Source: an uncultured Acidobacteriota bacterium
Lineage (GTDB): Bacteria > Acidobacteriota > Vicinamibacteria > Vicinamibacterales > UBA2999
NCBI GenBank assembly: GCA_963834325.1
Contig: CAWIBL010000012.1
Coordinates: 1,022,248 to 1,086,247 of the forward strand
Length of the DNA: 64,000 nucleotides
Direction of reading: 5' to 3'
The position numbers and the translations under genes were made by a program. Below, in pieces: positions 21,653-32,246 of the stretch. The notes under the pieces were generated by a model. It ran no database searches and was not told where the DNA came from. It saw nothing but the letters and a program-made list of their open reading frames with translations. Positions within the stretch are counted from its first letter, which is position 1; every line of letters starts with the position of its first letter.

Positions 21653-23614
21653 CCGCGGCCCAGGTCCGGCGCGCGGCCGCGGCGGCAATGAGTGGGGGCA
21701 GGGTGCTGCGCGCGGCCGCGGTGGCGATCGCCGTCGCCGGGGTCATCGACCCGGCGATGACCACGGCGCGCCGGCCGCCCCTGGACGTGGATGTCGCCGT
21801 GCCGCGGCGTGCCGGAGCCGAGGTGTCGCCCGCAGAAGCGTCCCAAGCCGCTCCCACCGACCTTGTCGGTAGTGGCAGGAATGGACGACGCCGCGGCGCG
21901 CCTGCTGCGCGAACTCACCGAAACCGCGGCCAGTCACGTCCGCCTGCGCGTCCGGCCCTACGACTCCGGCGCCCGGCTGCCGTGTGCGGCCGACCGGCCG
22001 TGCGTGGTCGTGACCGGCGAGACGGTGGCGCCCCGCGGCGGCCTGGAGCGCCGGCAGCCGCTGCTGGTGGTGGCGCCGGCGGGCATCGCCGCACAGGGGA
22101 GGGTGACGGTCGACGACGTGCGCGTCGAGCCGGTGCAGGTCGATGAGCGGGCCACCGCGGCCGTCACCCTGTCGGCGCCCGGCCTGACCGGTCGCGAGAC
22201 CCGGATCGAAATCCGCGACGGCGAGGTGCCGGTCGGCGATTTCCAGCATGCCTGGACCGGGGCCTCGCCGGTGACGGTGACGGTGCCGTGGTGGCCGGCG
22301 CGGGCCGGCCGCCGCCGTCTCTCGGTCACGGCCACGACGCCGGGAGCGGAGGGCGGTGCGCCGCAGCACGAGCGGGTGACCGTGGCGGTGGAGGTCTCGG
22401 CTACGCCGTGGCCCGTGCTCGTCGTCGAGGCCCGACCGTCGTGGGCGGTCACCTTCGTCCGGCGGGCGCTCGAAGCCGATCCGCGGCTGGACGTGGACGC
22501 GGTGACCGTGCTGGCGCCAGGACTGGCGGCGTCCCGCAGTGGCGACGCGTCACGAGGACGCGCCGCCGGTGTCACCGACGCCCGCGTCGAGCGGGCGCGG
22601 GTCGTCGTCGTCGGCGGACTCGACGCGTTGAGCGCCGGCGAGGTGGCCCGCTTCGAGCGCTTCGTCACGACGCGTGGCGGCGCCCTCGTGCTCGTGCCCG
22701 ACGCCGTGGTCACCGGGCCGGCCACCCGGCTCATGCCGGGTCGGTGGCAGCGCCGGCTCGATCCAGCGCCCTCACCGGCCACGGCGCTGCATCCCGACCA
22801 CGCCGGGCCGGCGCTGCGCGCCAGCGAGTGGCTGCTGGCAGCGGATCTCGCCGCCGGTGACGCGGTGCTGGCCGGGCACGACGGCTCGCCGGCGATCGTC
22901 GCGCGGGCCTTCGGCGAGGGCCGCATCGTCGTTGTCGGCGCGCTCGATGCGTGGCGCTTCCGAACGCCCGCCGTGCCGGAGCCCGGCATGAACGGGACGC
23001 CGGCCGGCGGCGGGACCGCCGGGCCCGACGACGTCACCCCGGGGGCGACGCCGTTTGCCCAGGCGTGGCACGGGCTCGTCGCCGATCTGGCGCGCGGCAC
23101 CGGTCCGCAGGTGGAGGTGCGCGTCAGCCACGAAGCCGGAGATGCCGACGCTGTCGTCGACGTGCAGGCCCGCGCCCTGGCGCCGCGCGCGACCTGGAGC
23201 GCGTCGGCCCGAGTGATGTGCGGCGCCGGAGACGGGCCGCTGCGCCTGTGGCCCCAGGCCCGCGCCGGCCACTTCCGCGGCCACGTGCCGCTCCCCGCGG
23301 CCGGGACGGAGTGTGCTGTCGTTGCTGCCGTTGCCGGACTGGGCGAGGGCCAGGCCACGCTGGCCGCGCCGCTGGCAACGCGCGGCGAAGCCGGCCGCGT
23401 CGCCGCTCGTCTCCGCGCGGTGGCCACGGCCAGTGGCGGGCTGGCGGCCGCGCCCAGTGACGTAGGTGCCGTGGCGCAGGCCCTGGCCGCGTTGGCGCCG
23501 GCCGGGCCGGTGCCCGCCACCAACTGGCCGATGCGTTCGTGGTGGTGGGGCTTGGCCGTCGCCCTGGCTCTCGGGGCCGAGTGGTGGCAGCGTCGCGCGT
23601 CGGGCGCCCGCTAG
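21649..23614 (+). CDS. Membrane-anchored protein with a class-I-GATase-like domain (one +1 frameshift, about 21790-21885)
   Basis: ATGA-coupled start; VLVVEARPSW..FVRRALE.DP, RFVTTRGGALVLVP, FGEGRIVV; C-terminal GAEWWQRRASG anchor. Confidence 0.65.
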
Positions 23615-23715
23615 CAGGGCGGTTCACCCGGTCGGCCTGCGCATAGCGCTGCTCGAGCCCTGGCGTGGGAACGCGGTGATAAAGTGCAACTCACGGGCGG
23701 GCAGGAGCCGCGGTC

Positions 23716-25071
23716 ATGGCGTATTCGAAAGACGAAGTGAAGGCGATCACCGACAAGGTGCTCGACATGTGCAAGGCCGACGCTGTCGAGGTGGTCTTCT
23801 CCGGCGGCGAGCGATCGGCGACGCGGTTTGCCAACTCGAGCATCACCGCCAACCTGGTCGAACACGATCAGGAAGTGGCCATCACCGTCTTCTACGGCAA
23901 GAAGACCGCCTCGGCCACCACCCATCAGTTCGACGACGACTCGCTGCGCCGCACCATCGACGCCGTGCAGGCCCTGGCCCGGCGCAAGCCCGAGAATCCC
24001 GAAGTGATGCCGCTCGTGGCGCCGCCGCAGAACTACGTGGAGATCGACGCGGCCCTGCCGTCGGCGGTGAACTTCGGCCCGGCCGAGCGGGCCCGGATGG
24101 TGAAGGCCAGCACCGACATCTGCGAAAAGAAGGGCGTGCTCGGGGCCGGCTACATCCCGAAGTTCGACTGGGTGGAGGCGCGGGCCAACTCGGTCGGTTT
24201 GTTCAGCTACTTCCACTACGCCGACGCCAGCTTCATCCTGACCTGCCGCACGCCCGACCAGACCGGGTCGGGCTGGGCCGGCACCACCGGCGTGAAGGAC
24301 ATCGCCAATATCGACGCCGAGGCGCTCACGCTCGTGGCCGCCGACAAGGCCCTGAAGTCGGCCAAACCGCGGGCCCTCGAGCCCGGCAACTACACCGTGA
24401 TCCTCGAGCCGCGGCCGGCGGCCCGCTACCTGTCGCTGATGCTGCAGTCGTTCAACGCCCGCGCGGCGGAAGAAGGCCGCAGCTTCATGAGCGGCAAGGA
24501 GCGCGGCCAGACCCGCTTGGGCGAAAAGGTCTTCGGCGACAACTTCACGCTGCGCAGCGAGATCGGCAACTCCGTCCTGCGCCAGTCGCCGGTCGGTGAA
24601 GCCGGCCTGGCGGCCCCGCCGGTGACCTGGGTGGAGAAGGGCGTGGTCAAGAACCTGTTCTACGACCGCTACTGGGCGGCGCAGCAGAAGAAGACCCCCA
24701 CGGCCACCTCGCCCAACATGAGCCTGGTGATGGAGGGCGGCACGGCCACCGTGGACGAGATGATCAAGGCCACCCGGCGCGGCCTGCTGGTGTCGTTCTT
24801 CTGGTACATCCGCCCCGTCGATCAGATGACGCTGCTCAACACCGGCATGACCCGCGACGGCTTGTTCCTCATCGAGAACGGCGAGATCGTCGGCCCGGTG
24901 CAGAACTTCCGCTGGAACGAATCGCCGGCGGTGAGCTTCAACAACATCACCAAACTGGGGCGCCCGGTGCCGATGCACACCGGCGAGGCCTACGACAATC
25001 CCGGCACGGCGCTCGTGCCGCCCATGATGCTCGAGGACTTCACCATGACGTCCATCTCGCCGGCGGTATAG
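23716..25071 (+). CDS. TldD/PmbA family protein, TldE-like non-catalytic subunit
   Basis: [43 protein letters not shown]; no HExxxH and no signal peptide. Confidence 0.88.
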   Translation: MAYSKDEVKAITDKVLDMCKADAVEVVFSGGERSATRFANSSITANLVEHDQEVAITVFYGKKTASATTHQFDDDSLRRTIDAVQALARRKPENPEVMPLVAPPQNYVEIDAALPSAVNFGPAERARMVKASTDICEKKGVLGAGYIPKFDWVEARANSVGLFSYFHYADASFILTCRTPDQTGSGWAGTTGVKDIANIDAEALTLVAADKALKSAKPRALEPGNYTVILEPRPAARYLSLMLQSFNARAAEEGRSFMSGKERGQTRLGEKVFGDNFTLRSEIGNSVLRQSPVGEAGLAAPPVTWVEKGVVKNLFYDRYWAAQQKKTPTATSPNMSLVMEGGTATVDEMIKATRRGLLVSFFWYIRPVDQMTLLNTGMTRDGLFLIENGEIVGPVQNFRWNESPAVSFNNITKLGRPVPMHTGEAYDNPGTALVPPMMLEDFTMTSISPAV

Positions 25072-25073
25072 CC

Positions 25074-26655
25074 ATGAAGCGACGCGAATTCGTCAAGACC
25101 TTGAGCGCCACCGGCATGGCCCTGTATGCCAGCGATCTGTGCGGCGATCTGATTGCCCAGTCGCCGCGCGGCCAGGTGCTGCAGTCGAAATTCAAGGGCC
25201 TCTCGGACCTGGCCCTGACCGAGGCCAAGCGCCTCGGCTGCACCTATGCCGACATCCGCTTCACCAGGAACGTCAACGACAGCGTCGCCGTGCGCGACCG
25301 CGTCGTCACCGACAGCTTCGGCTTCGGCGCCGGCGGCCACGAAGAGAGCGCCGGGTTCGGCGTGCGCGTGATCCACAGCGGCGTGTGGGGCTTTGCCAGC
25401 AGTCCGTTCGTGACCGAGGCCGAGATCCGGAAGCTGACCGCCCAGGCCACCGAGGTGGCCAAGGCCAGCGCCATCAGCAAGCGCTTCGAGGTCACGCTGG
25501 CGCCGGTGCCGGCCTACACCGACTATTGGACCGTGCCGGTGCAGGTCAAGCCGGAGGACGTGTCGCTCGACGACAAGATCGCCTTCCTGATGCAGATCAA
25601 CGAGGCCGCCCTCAAGGTCCCCGGCGTCTTCCGCATCCAGTCGCAGATGGCCTTCGACTACGAGTGGAAGTACCTGGCCACGTCCGAAGGGTCCTACCTC
25701 GAGCAGGAGATCTGGCGCACGGCGCCGGGCTTCACCGTGTCGGCGCGGAAGGACGGCAAGTTCAAGTCGCGCACCTTCTCGGTGGCGCCCAAGTCGGCCG
25801 GCTACGAAGTGGTCACCGGCGCGCGCATGCTCGAGAACGTCGAGCGCATCGCCGCCGAGGCCGTGGAGCACTGCACGGCGCCGCCGGTCGGCGTCGGCCT
25901 CAAGGACCTGATCATGACCCCGGCGCACGCCATGCTCACCATCCACGAGATCGTGGCCCATCCCACCGAACTCGACCGCGTCGTCGGCTACGAAGCCAAC
26001 TACGCCGGCACCAGCTTCGTGAAGCTCGGCGACATCGGCAAGCGCGTGATGGGCTCGAAGCTCTTCAACGTCACCGCCGACCGCACGCTGCCGGGCGGCA
26101 TGTGCACCGTGGGCTACGACGACGACGGGGTCAAGTCGCAGTCGTGGCCGCTGGTGCGCGAGGGCACGCTCGTCGGCCTCCAGACCAACCGCGAGACGGC
26201 GCACTACATCGGCGAGAAGGAATCGCGCGGCTGCACCTTCGCCACCTCGTGGCGGAACTATCCCGTTCCTGCGCATGCCCAACGTGCACGTCGATGCCGG
26301 CCCGCCGGGATCGCCGACGCCCGACGAGATCATCGCCGACACCAAGGACGGCGTGCTCGTCGACGGCCGCGGCAGCTACTCCATCGACCAGCAGCGCTTC
26401 AACGGCCAGTTCGGCGGCGATGCCTTCTGGGAGATCAAGAACGGCAAGAAGACGCGCATGGTGAGCGACGTCACCTACAACGCCATCACCACCGACTTCT
26501 GGCAGAACCTCGACGCCATCACCGGCAAGGAGCACTGGGAGATGTTCGGCACGACCGGCGATGCCAAGGGCCAGCCGGTGCAGATCAACCATCCCTCGCA
26601 CGGCTCGCCGTGGTGCCGCATCCGGCGCATCATGATGGGCGCCGCCTACAGCTAG
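25074..26655 (+). CDS. tldD: TldD family metalloprotease with a twin-arginine signal (one +1 frameshift at about 26262)
   Basis: MKRREFVK; GFGVRV; IHEIVAHPTELDR; GYDDDG; YP(F)LRMPN joined across the indel; SYSIDQQRFNGQFGG; DAKGQP. Confidence 0.88.
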
Positions 26656-26664
26656 ACCACGGCG

Positions 26665-27429
26665 CTACGACATGGCGTAGACCACGACGTTGACCGCGAA
26701 CTTGGTGTTGTCGTCGCGCTGGAAGCGCTTGTTGCGCCAGTCGTAGTCCCACTCGCAGCCGTAGTCCTTGTTGGAATACAGCACGCCCAGCCGGCCGTCG
26801 TGCTCGACGCCGCGCAGGTAGTCGTGCACGAGGTCGTCGCCCCAGCCGTTCAACTCGTGCGCGGTCTGCGGCGGGCCCTCGGGGAACGGGAAGAAGGCGC
26901 GATAGAGCGGGTGCGTGCGGGGCAGCTTGGCGAGCGTGTCCGGACCGGGAAACAGGCCTCGCATCTCGCGTTCGAACGAGGTCGCGTAGAGCCCGGCCAC
27001 GTCGTGGTTGCAGTCGTCGGAGAAGAGCAGCCCGCCGCCGTGGATCCAGGCGCGGAGCTGGCGGCGTTCGCGATCCGAGAAGCGCACCAGCCGGTGGCCG
27101 GTCATGAACAGGAAGGGGAAGGCGCCGAGTTCGGCCGAATCGGCGGTGATGACCACCTCCTGCGGGTAGACGCGCAGCGTGGTGTACTCGACGACCGAGT
27201 TCAGCACGTTGGCGGCCACCTTCGGGTTGTAGTCCCAATCGCCCGAGTCGTAGCGCAGGCGCGCGAACACGAACTCGTCGGCGGTCGGTCCGCCGCGCGG
27301 CGTCGGCGGCGGCACCGCCTGACTGGCCAGCGGCACGGCGCCGGCGAGGGCGAGGCGCAGGAACTCCCGCCGCGTCGCTGCCGAGGGCCGGACCCGCGCC
27401 CCGGCGGCGCGGCGGCTAGACCCCGGCAT
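26665..27429 (-). CDS. DUF4159 domain protein with a twin-arginine signal
   Basis: TRREFLRLALAGAVPLASQA; FVFARLRYDSGDWD; FPFLFMTGH; GGLLFSDDCNHD; SNKDYGCEWD. Confidence 0.85.
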   Translation of the reverse strand: MPGSSRRAAGARVRPSAATRREFLRLALAGAVPLASQAVPPPTPRGGPTADEFVFARLRYDSGDWDYNPKVAANVLNSVVEYTTLRVYPQEVVITADSAELGAFPFLFMTGHRLVRFSDRERRQLRAWIHGGGLLFSDDCNHDVAGLYATSFEREMRGLFPGPDTLAKLPRTHPLYRAFFPFPEGPPQTAHELNGWGDDLVHDYLRGVEHDGRLGVLYSNKDYGCEWDYDWRNKRFQRDDNTKFAVNVVVYAMS

Positions 27430-28111
27430 GACGCCGCATCCACGCCGCAACGCGGGTGGCGATGTCGTGATCGACGTCGGCTTGCGCGGCGGCCGACTTC
27501 AGCACGGTCAGCGAGTGGTCGCCAGTCGGGACCGGCAGGATCTCGAGGTGCGGCACGTCGCCGACCTCGGCCCGCACGTCGTCGGGGCCGCCGAAGGTAT
27601 CGCGGGTGCCCTGCACGACCAGCGTCGGCACGCCGAGCCGCCGTAGGTGCGACACGCGGTCGCCGCCGCGCGGACCGGGCGGCCGCAGCGGGTAGCCGAA
27701 GGCCACGGCACCGGCCAGCGGCACCGGACCGGTCCACCGCTCCGGCTGCGCGGCCAGATGGGTAGCCATGCGCCCGCCCATCGATTTGCCTCCGACAAAG
27801 AGGGCCCGCGCCGCCGGCACCGCCGCCAGCGCGGCCGTCATGGCTGCCAGGAAAGCGCGTTCCAGTTGAGGCGGCCGGTCGGGCAGCTTGCGTTTGGCGG
27901 CCATGTAGGGGAAGTCGAACGTCAGCACGGCCACGCCCTGGGCGGCGAGCAGGGCGCCGAAACGACGCATGAACGGGCTGGCTTGGCCGGCCCCGGCGCC
28001 GTGGGCGAGCACCAGGAGCGGCGCATTGCCCTGCGGCCCGCCGCTGGCCGGGTAGAGAGTGCCCGGCAGGGGCGGCTCGCCCGGGGCGATTTCGATGACA
28101 AGCGATGACAT
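27416..28111 (-). CDS. Alpha/beta hydrolase (KANL3/Tex30-like)
   Basis: LAHGAGAG, GGKSMGGR, GYPL, QGTRDTFG, GDHS. Confidence 0.85.
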   Translation of the reverse strand: MSSLVIEIAPGEPPLPGTLYPASGGPQGNAPLLVLAHGAGAGQASPFMRRFGALLAAQGVAVLTFDFPYMAAKRKLPDRPPQLERAFLAAMTAALAAVPAARALFVGGKSMGGRMATHLAAQPERWTGPVPLAGAVAFGYPLRPPGPRGGDRVSHLRRLGVPTLVVQGTRDTFGGPDDVRAEVGDVPHLEILPVPTGDHSLTVLKSAAAQADVDHDIATRVAAWMRRHAGV

Positions 28112-28180
28112 GGGAGCGGCGGTCTGACCGGTATATTACCTGGCGCCGGCATCCCTGCCGCGCGTTCGTTCCGAGGGCTC

Positions 28181-30457
28181 ATGTCCGACTCCGTGTCTCG
28201 TCGTCCCAGGCTCGAATTGTGTACGACGGGCGCTGTCCTCCTTGCAGGGCTGGTGCTGTCAGTCGCCGCCGCGCAGGCGCAGGACGGCTCCATCGCCATG
28301 CGTCCGCGGCCGACCGCGACCGCCACGGAGGTGAGCGAGGGACCGACCCTCGACGGCGACGTGCTCGGCGACCCGGCGTGGGCGGCGGCCACACCGATCG
28401 AGGGGTTCTTCCAGGAGCAGCCGCAGGAGGGCGCGCCGGCCAGCGAGCGCACCGAAGTGCGGATGATCTTCACCAAGGACATGCTCTACATCGGCGCCGT
28501 CATGTACGACCGCGAGCCGTCGGGCATCGTGGTCTCGGATTCGCGCCGCGACGCGCCGCTCGACAACGTCGACAGCTTCCAGGTCATCTTCGACACCTAC
28601 CGCGACCGGCAGAACGGCTTCGTCTTCGGCACCAACCCGGCCGGCGTCGAGTACGACGGCCAGTCCACCCTCGAAGGGCAGGGCGGCGGCGGCTTGGCCG
28701 GGGCGCAGATGCAGGCGTCGGGGTCGGGCAGCGGCTTCAACGTCAACTGGGACGGCGCCTGGCAGGTGCGCAGCCGGACCACCGAGATCGGCTGGACGGC
28801 GGAGTTCGCCATTCCCTTCCGCACGCTGCGCTTCCCGGCCTCGCCCGAGCAGACGTGGGGCGTCAACTTCCAGCGCAACATCCGGCGCCGCAACGAGCGC
28901 GCCTACTGGGCGCCGATTCCGCGCCAGTTCAATCTCTACCGGGTGTCACTGGCCGGAGCCGTCAGCGGCATCCGCACGCCGGTCGTGCGCAACCTGAAGC
29001 TGATGCCCTTCGTGCTCGGCTCGGCCATCACCTCGGGCGTGAAGCCGGTCGACGGCGACACCTCGGGCGAGGTCGGCGGCGACCTGAAGTACAGCGTGAC
29101 GCCCAGCCTCACCCTCGACGCCACGGTCAACACCGACTTTGCCCAGGTCGAGGTCGACGACCAGCAGGTCAACCTCGATCGCTTCAACCTGTTCTTCCCC
29201 GAGAAGCGGCCCTTCTTCCTCGAGAACGCCGGATTCTTCTCGGTGGGCAATCCCGGCGAGGTCGATCTCTTCTTCAGCCGCCGCATCGGCCTGGGCGCCT
29301 CCGGCGAGGCCGTGCCGATCGTGGCCGGCGGCCGGCTCTCGGGCAAGGTCGGCAAGTACAACGTCGGGCTGCTCAACATGCAGACCAACGATGCCGGCAC
29401 GACGCTGCCGGGCAACAACTTCTCGGTGCTGCGCGTGGCCCGCGACCTGCCCAACCGCTCGTCGATCGGCGGCCTGATCGTGAACCGCGCCGCCGTCGGC
29501 GACCGGGCCGGCGACGGCGACAACAACCAGACCTTCGCCCTCGACGGACGCTTGGGCGTGCGGCAGAACACGGTCGTCTCTGGCTTCGTGGCCAAGACGC
29601 GCACGCCGGACACCTCCGGGGCCGAGGAGGACTTCCTCGCCTTCAACCTGCGCTCGCGCACCAACCTGCGCAAGCTCGACGTCGATGCCGGCTACCAGCA
29701 GGTCGGCGAGCAGTTCAATCCCGAGGTCGGCTTCCTGTCGCGGCGCGGCTACCGCAAGCCCGACGTGCGGGTGATGACCCGCTTCCGGCCGAAAGGGCCG
29801 TTCCAGGAGCTGCGTCCGCACGCCACCTTCCGCGGCTTCTGGGGCTTCGACGGCTTCCAGGAAACCGGCTACCTGCACCTCGACAACCACTGGCAGTTCA
29901 AGAACAGCACCGAGATCCACAGCGGCGTCAACCTCACCCAGGAAGGCGTGCGCGCGCCGTTCGAGATCTACCCCGGCATCTTCGTGCCGCCCGGCGACTA
30001 CAAGAACATCGAGGCGCAGCCGGTGATCATGACCAACCAGGGCGCGCCGGTGAGCTTCAACCTGCAGACCTTCTTCGGCGGCTTCTTCAGCGGCCACCGC
30101 AAGACCATCAGCCCGACGGTGCGCGTGCGCGGCGGCCAGGCGCTCACCGCCGAACTGTCCTACCAGCGCAACGACGTCGACCTGCCGCAGGGCGACTTCG
30201 TCACCAACCTGGTGCGCACCCGCTTGTCCTACTCGTTCACGCCGCGCATCTTCGCGCAGTCGCTCATCCAGTACAACGACCGCGCCGACGTCTGGTCGGT
30301 CAACCTGCGCGTCGGCTGGCTGCAGGCGGCCAACACCGGCCTGTTCATCGTCTACAACGACACGCGCGGCCTCTACGACTTCGAGCCGCGCCGGCCCGAA
30401 CGCACCGACCGCAGCCTGATCATCAAGTTCAGCCGGATGTTCGACGTGCTCCACTAG
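28181..30457 (+). CDS. CBM9-like plus DUF5916 outer-membrane protein
   Basis: PTLDG, DTYRDRQNGFVFGTNPAG, WTAEFAIPFRTLRF, NTDFAQVEVD, LFFPEKRPFFLE, LFFSRRIG. Confidence 0.85.
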   Translation: MSDSVSRRPRLELCTTGAVLLAGLVLSVAAAQAQDGSIAMRPRPTATATEVSEGPTLDGDVLGDPAWAAATPIEGFFQEQPQEGAPASERTEVRMIFTKDMLYIGAVMYDREPSGIVVSDSRRDAPLDNVDSFQVIFDTYRDRQNGFVFGTNPAGVEYDGQSTLEGQGGGGLAGAQMQASGSGSGFNVNWDGAWQVRSRTTEIGWTAEFAIPFRTLRFPASPEQTWGVNFQRNIRRRNERAYWAPIPRQFNLYRVSLAGAVSGIRTPVVRNLKLMPFVLGSAITSGVKPVDGDTSGEVGGDLKYSVTPSLTLDATVNTDFAQVEVDDQQVNLDRFNLFFPEKRPFFLENAGFFSVGNPGEVDLFFSRRIGLGASGEAVPIVAGGRLSGKVGKYNVGLLNMQTNDAGTTLPGNNFSVLRVARDLPNRSSIGGLIVNRAAVGDRAGDGDNNQTFALDGRLGVRQNTVVSGFVAKTRTPDTSGAEEDFLAFNLRSRTNLRKLDVDAGYQQVGEQFNPEVGFLSRRGYRKPDVRVMTRFRPKGPFQELRPHATFRGFWGFDGFQETGYLHLDNHWQFKNSTEIHSGVNLTQEGVRAPFEIYPGIFVPPGDYKNIEAQPVIMTNQGAPVSFNLQTFFGGFFSGHRKTISPTVRVRGGQALTAELSYQRNDVDLPQGDFVTNLVRTRLSYSFTPRIFAQSLIQYNDRADVWSVNLRVGWLQAANTGLFIVYNDTRGLYDFEPRRPERTDRSLIIKFSRMFDVLH

Positions 30458-30473
30458 CGCTCGCGCCGCGCCC

Positions 30474-31139
30474 ATGGCTGCTCACGAACAGCTGATCGCC
30501 ACGACCACGCACGGCCGGGTCCTCATCGATCGCCCCGAGGGCGGCGGGCCGTTCCCGGTGCTCATGGGCTTCCACGGCTACGCCGAATCGGCGGCGGTGC
30601 ACCTGCCCCAGCTGGCGCGCCTCGATCCGGCGCACGCGTGGCTGCGCGTCAGCGTGCAGGGCCTGCACCGGTTCTATGCGCGGGCCACCTCCGAGGTGGT
30701 CGCGTCGTGGATGACGCGCGAGGATCGCGACCAGGCGATTGCCGACAACATCGGCTACGCGCTGGCGGTGCACGACCTCGTCCGCCGCCAGGAAGCCGCG
30801 CGCGCGCCGCTCGTGGTCGTGGGCTTCTCGCAGGGCGCGGCCCAGGCCTATCGCGTCGGGCTCGCCGCCGGTCCGGCCTGCGCCGGCGTCGTGGTGCTCG
30901 GCGGCGACCTGCCGCCCGATGTCGCGCCGCACGCCGCCGCTTTGCCGCCGGTGCTCATCGGCCGCGGTCGTCGCGATCCGTATTACAGCGCCGAGGCGCT
31001 GGCCGCCGACGTGGCGGGGCTGCGCCGCGGCGGCGCGGCCTGGTCGGTGTGCGAGTTCGAGGGCGGCCACGAATGGGCCGAGGTCTTCGCCGCCGCCGCG
31101 GCCCAGTGGATCGGGCAGCGCCTCGAAGGTCGCCGCTAG
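30474..31139 (+). CDS. Phospholipase/carboxylesterase family hydrolase
   Basis: GFHGYA, SWMTREDR, GFSQG, FEGGH. Confidence 0.82.
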   Translation: MAAHEQLIATTTHGRVLIDRPEGGGPFPVLMGFHGYAESAAVHLPQLARLDPAHAWLRVSVQGLHRFYARATSEVVASWMTREDRDQAIADNIGYALAVHDLVRRQEAARAPLVVVGFSQGAAQAYRVGLAAGPACAGVVVLGGDLPPDVAPHAAALPPVLIGRGRRDPYYSAEALAADVAGLRRGGAAWSVCEFEGGHEWAEVFAAAAAQWIGQRLEGRR

Positions 31140-31143
31140 CCTG

Positions 31144-32187
31144 TCACCGGCGGTCGACGACCGGGCCTCGGGCGTCATCGCGCAGCGCCAACGCCGCCGC
31201 GACGCGCTCGGCCAGCGCCTCGATGGTGAGCGGCGACGACCCTTCGGCCTTGTTGTTCACCAGCACGTAGACCTTGCGGCCCCGGCTCAGGGCCCGCCGG
31301 GTCAGGGCCACGACCTGGTCGCGCATCGTTTCGTCGGGTTCGACCAGGCGGTTGAAGGGCCGGAAGCGATCGCGCTGATCCTCGTACCAGGTGCCGGGCT
31401 TGAGCAGCAGCCGCACGACCGTGAAGGGCGGCTCCTCCGGCGGCACCACGTCGGCTTGCGCCAGCGGCATCGGCATCGCGCTCCAGTAGTTGTAGGTGTG
31501 GGCCACGCCGTGGCGGGCGAGCACGGCGCGATAGGCCGGCGTCAGCAGCGTGCGATCGCGGATCTCGACGGCATAGGCGAAGTCACGCGGCAGCGCTCCG
31601 AGGAAGCCGTCGAGGGCGTCGATGAAGGCGGCGGGTGGACGCTCCGGATCGCGGGCGCCGGGCGGGAACTCCAGCACCACCGGTCCGGTGTGCGGGCCGA
31701 GTCCAACGGCCAGCGGCGTCAGCAAATCGTCGACGAGGCGCGGCACCGAGAGGAAGTCGGGATTGAGGGCGGCGCCGCCGGGGCGAGGGCCGCCGAAGCC
31801 GGGGGCGAGCCGCGAGGTGACCAGGGCGGGCGCCTTGACGCAGCAGGTGAAGCCGTCGGGAAGCTGGGCGGCGTAACCGCGCAGGTCGTCGAGCGGCACC
31901 GGCGCGTAGTAGCTGCGGTCGACGCCGACCGTGCGCAAGAGCGGATGCCGCGCGTAGTGCCGCAGCCCCTCGCGTCCGAGCCCGGCCGCCGAGAGGCCCG
32001 ACGGGTACACCAGCCCGGCCCAGCCCGGGAACGTCCACGAGCTCGTGCCGAAGGCCAGGTCCGCCGGCAGCACCGCGGCCAGCGCCGCGCCGCGGGCCCG
32101 CCGTGCGGCCAGCGCCTCGTCCCCGCCCCGGTCGGCTGCGCCGGTCGGCTCGTCGGGCGTTTCGAAGAGCGAGAGCTGATTGGTCAC
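31144..32187 (-). CDS. DUF72 family protein
   Basis: FGTSSWTFPGW, TVGVDRSYY, VKAP, VLEFPP, AVEIRD, NNKAEG. Confidence 0.85.
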   Translation of the reverse strand: MTNQLSLFETPDEPTGAADRGGDEALAARRARGAALAAVLPADLAFGTSSWTFPGWAGLVYPSGLSAAGLGREGLRHYARHPLLRTVGVDRSYYAPVPLDDLRGYAAQLPDGFTCCVKAPALVTSRLAPGFGGPRPGGAALNPDFLSVPRLVDDLLTPLAVGLGPHTGPVVLEFPPGARDPERPPAAFIDALDGFLGALPRDFAYAVEIRDRTLLTPAYRAVLARHGVAHTYNYWSAMPMPLAQADVVPPEEPPFTVVRLLLKPGTWYEDQRDRFRPFNRLVEPDETMRDQVVALTRRALSRGRKVYVLVNNKAEGSSPLTIEALAERVAAALALRDDARGPVVDRR

Positions 32188-32246
32188 GCCGGGGCCACCG
32201 TGGCGGCGCTCTTGTCAGTTGCCACGAGACGCGGGACACTACCGCG

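Noticed and set aside
23716-27429. RiPP biosynthetic cluster around TldD/E
   Set aside because: No YcaO, radical SAM, lanthipeptide enzyme or credible precursor peptide nearby.
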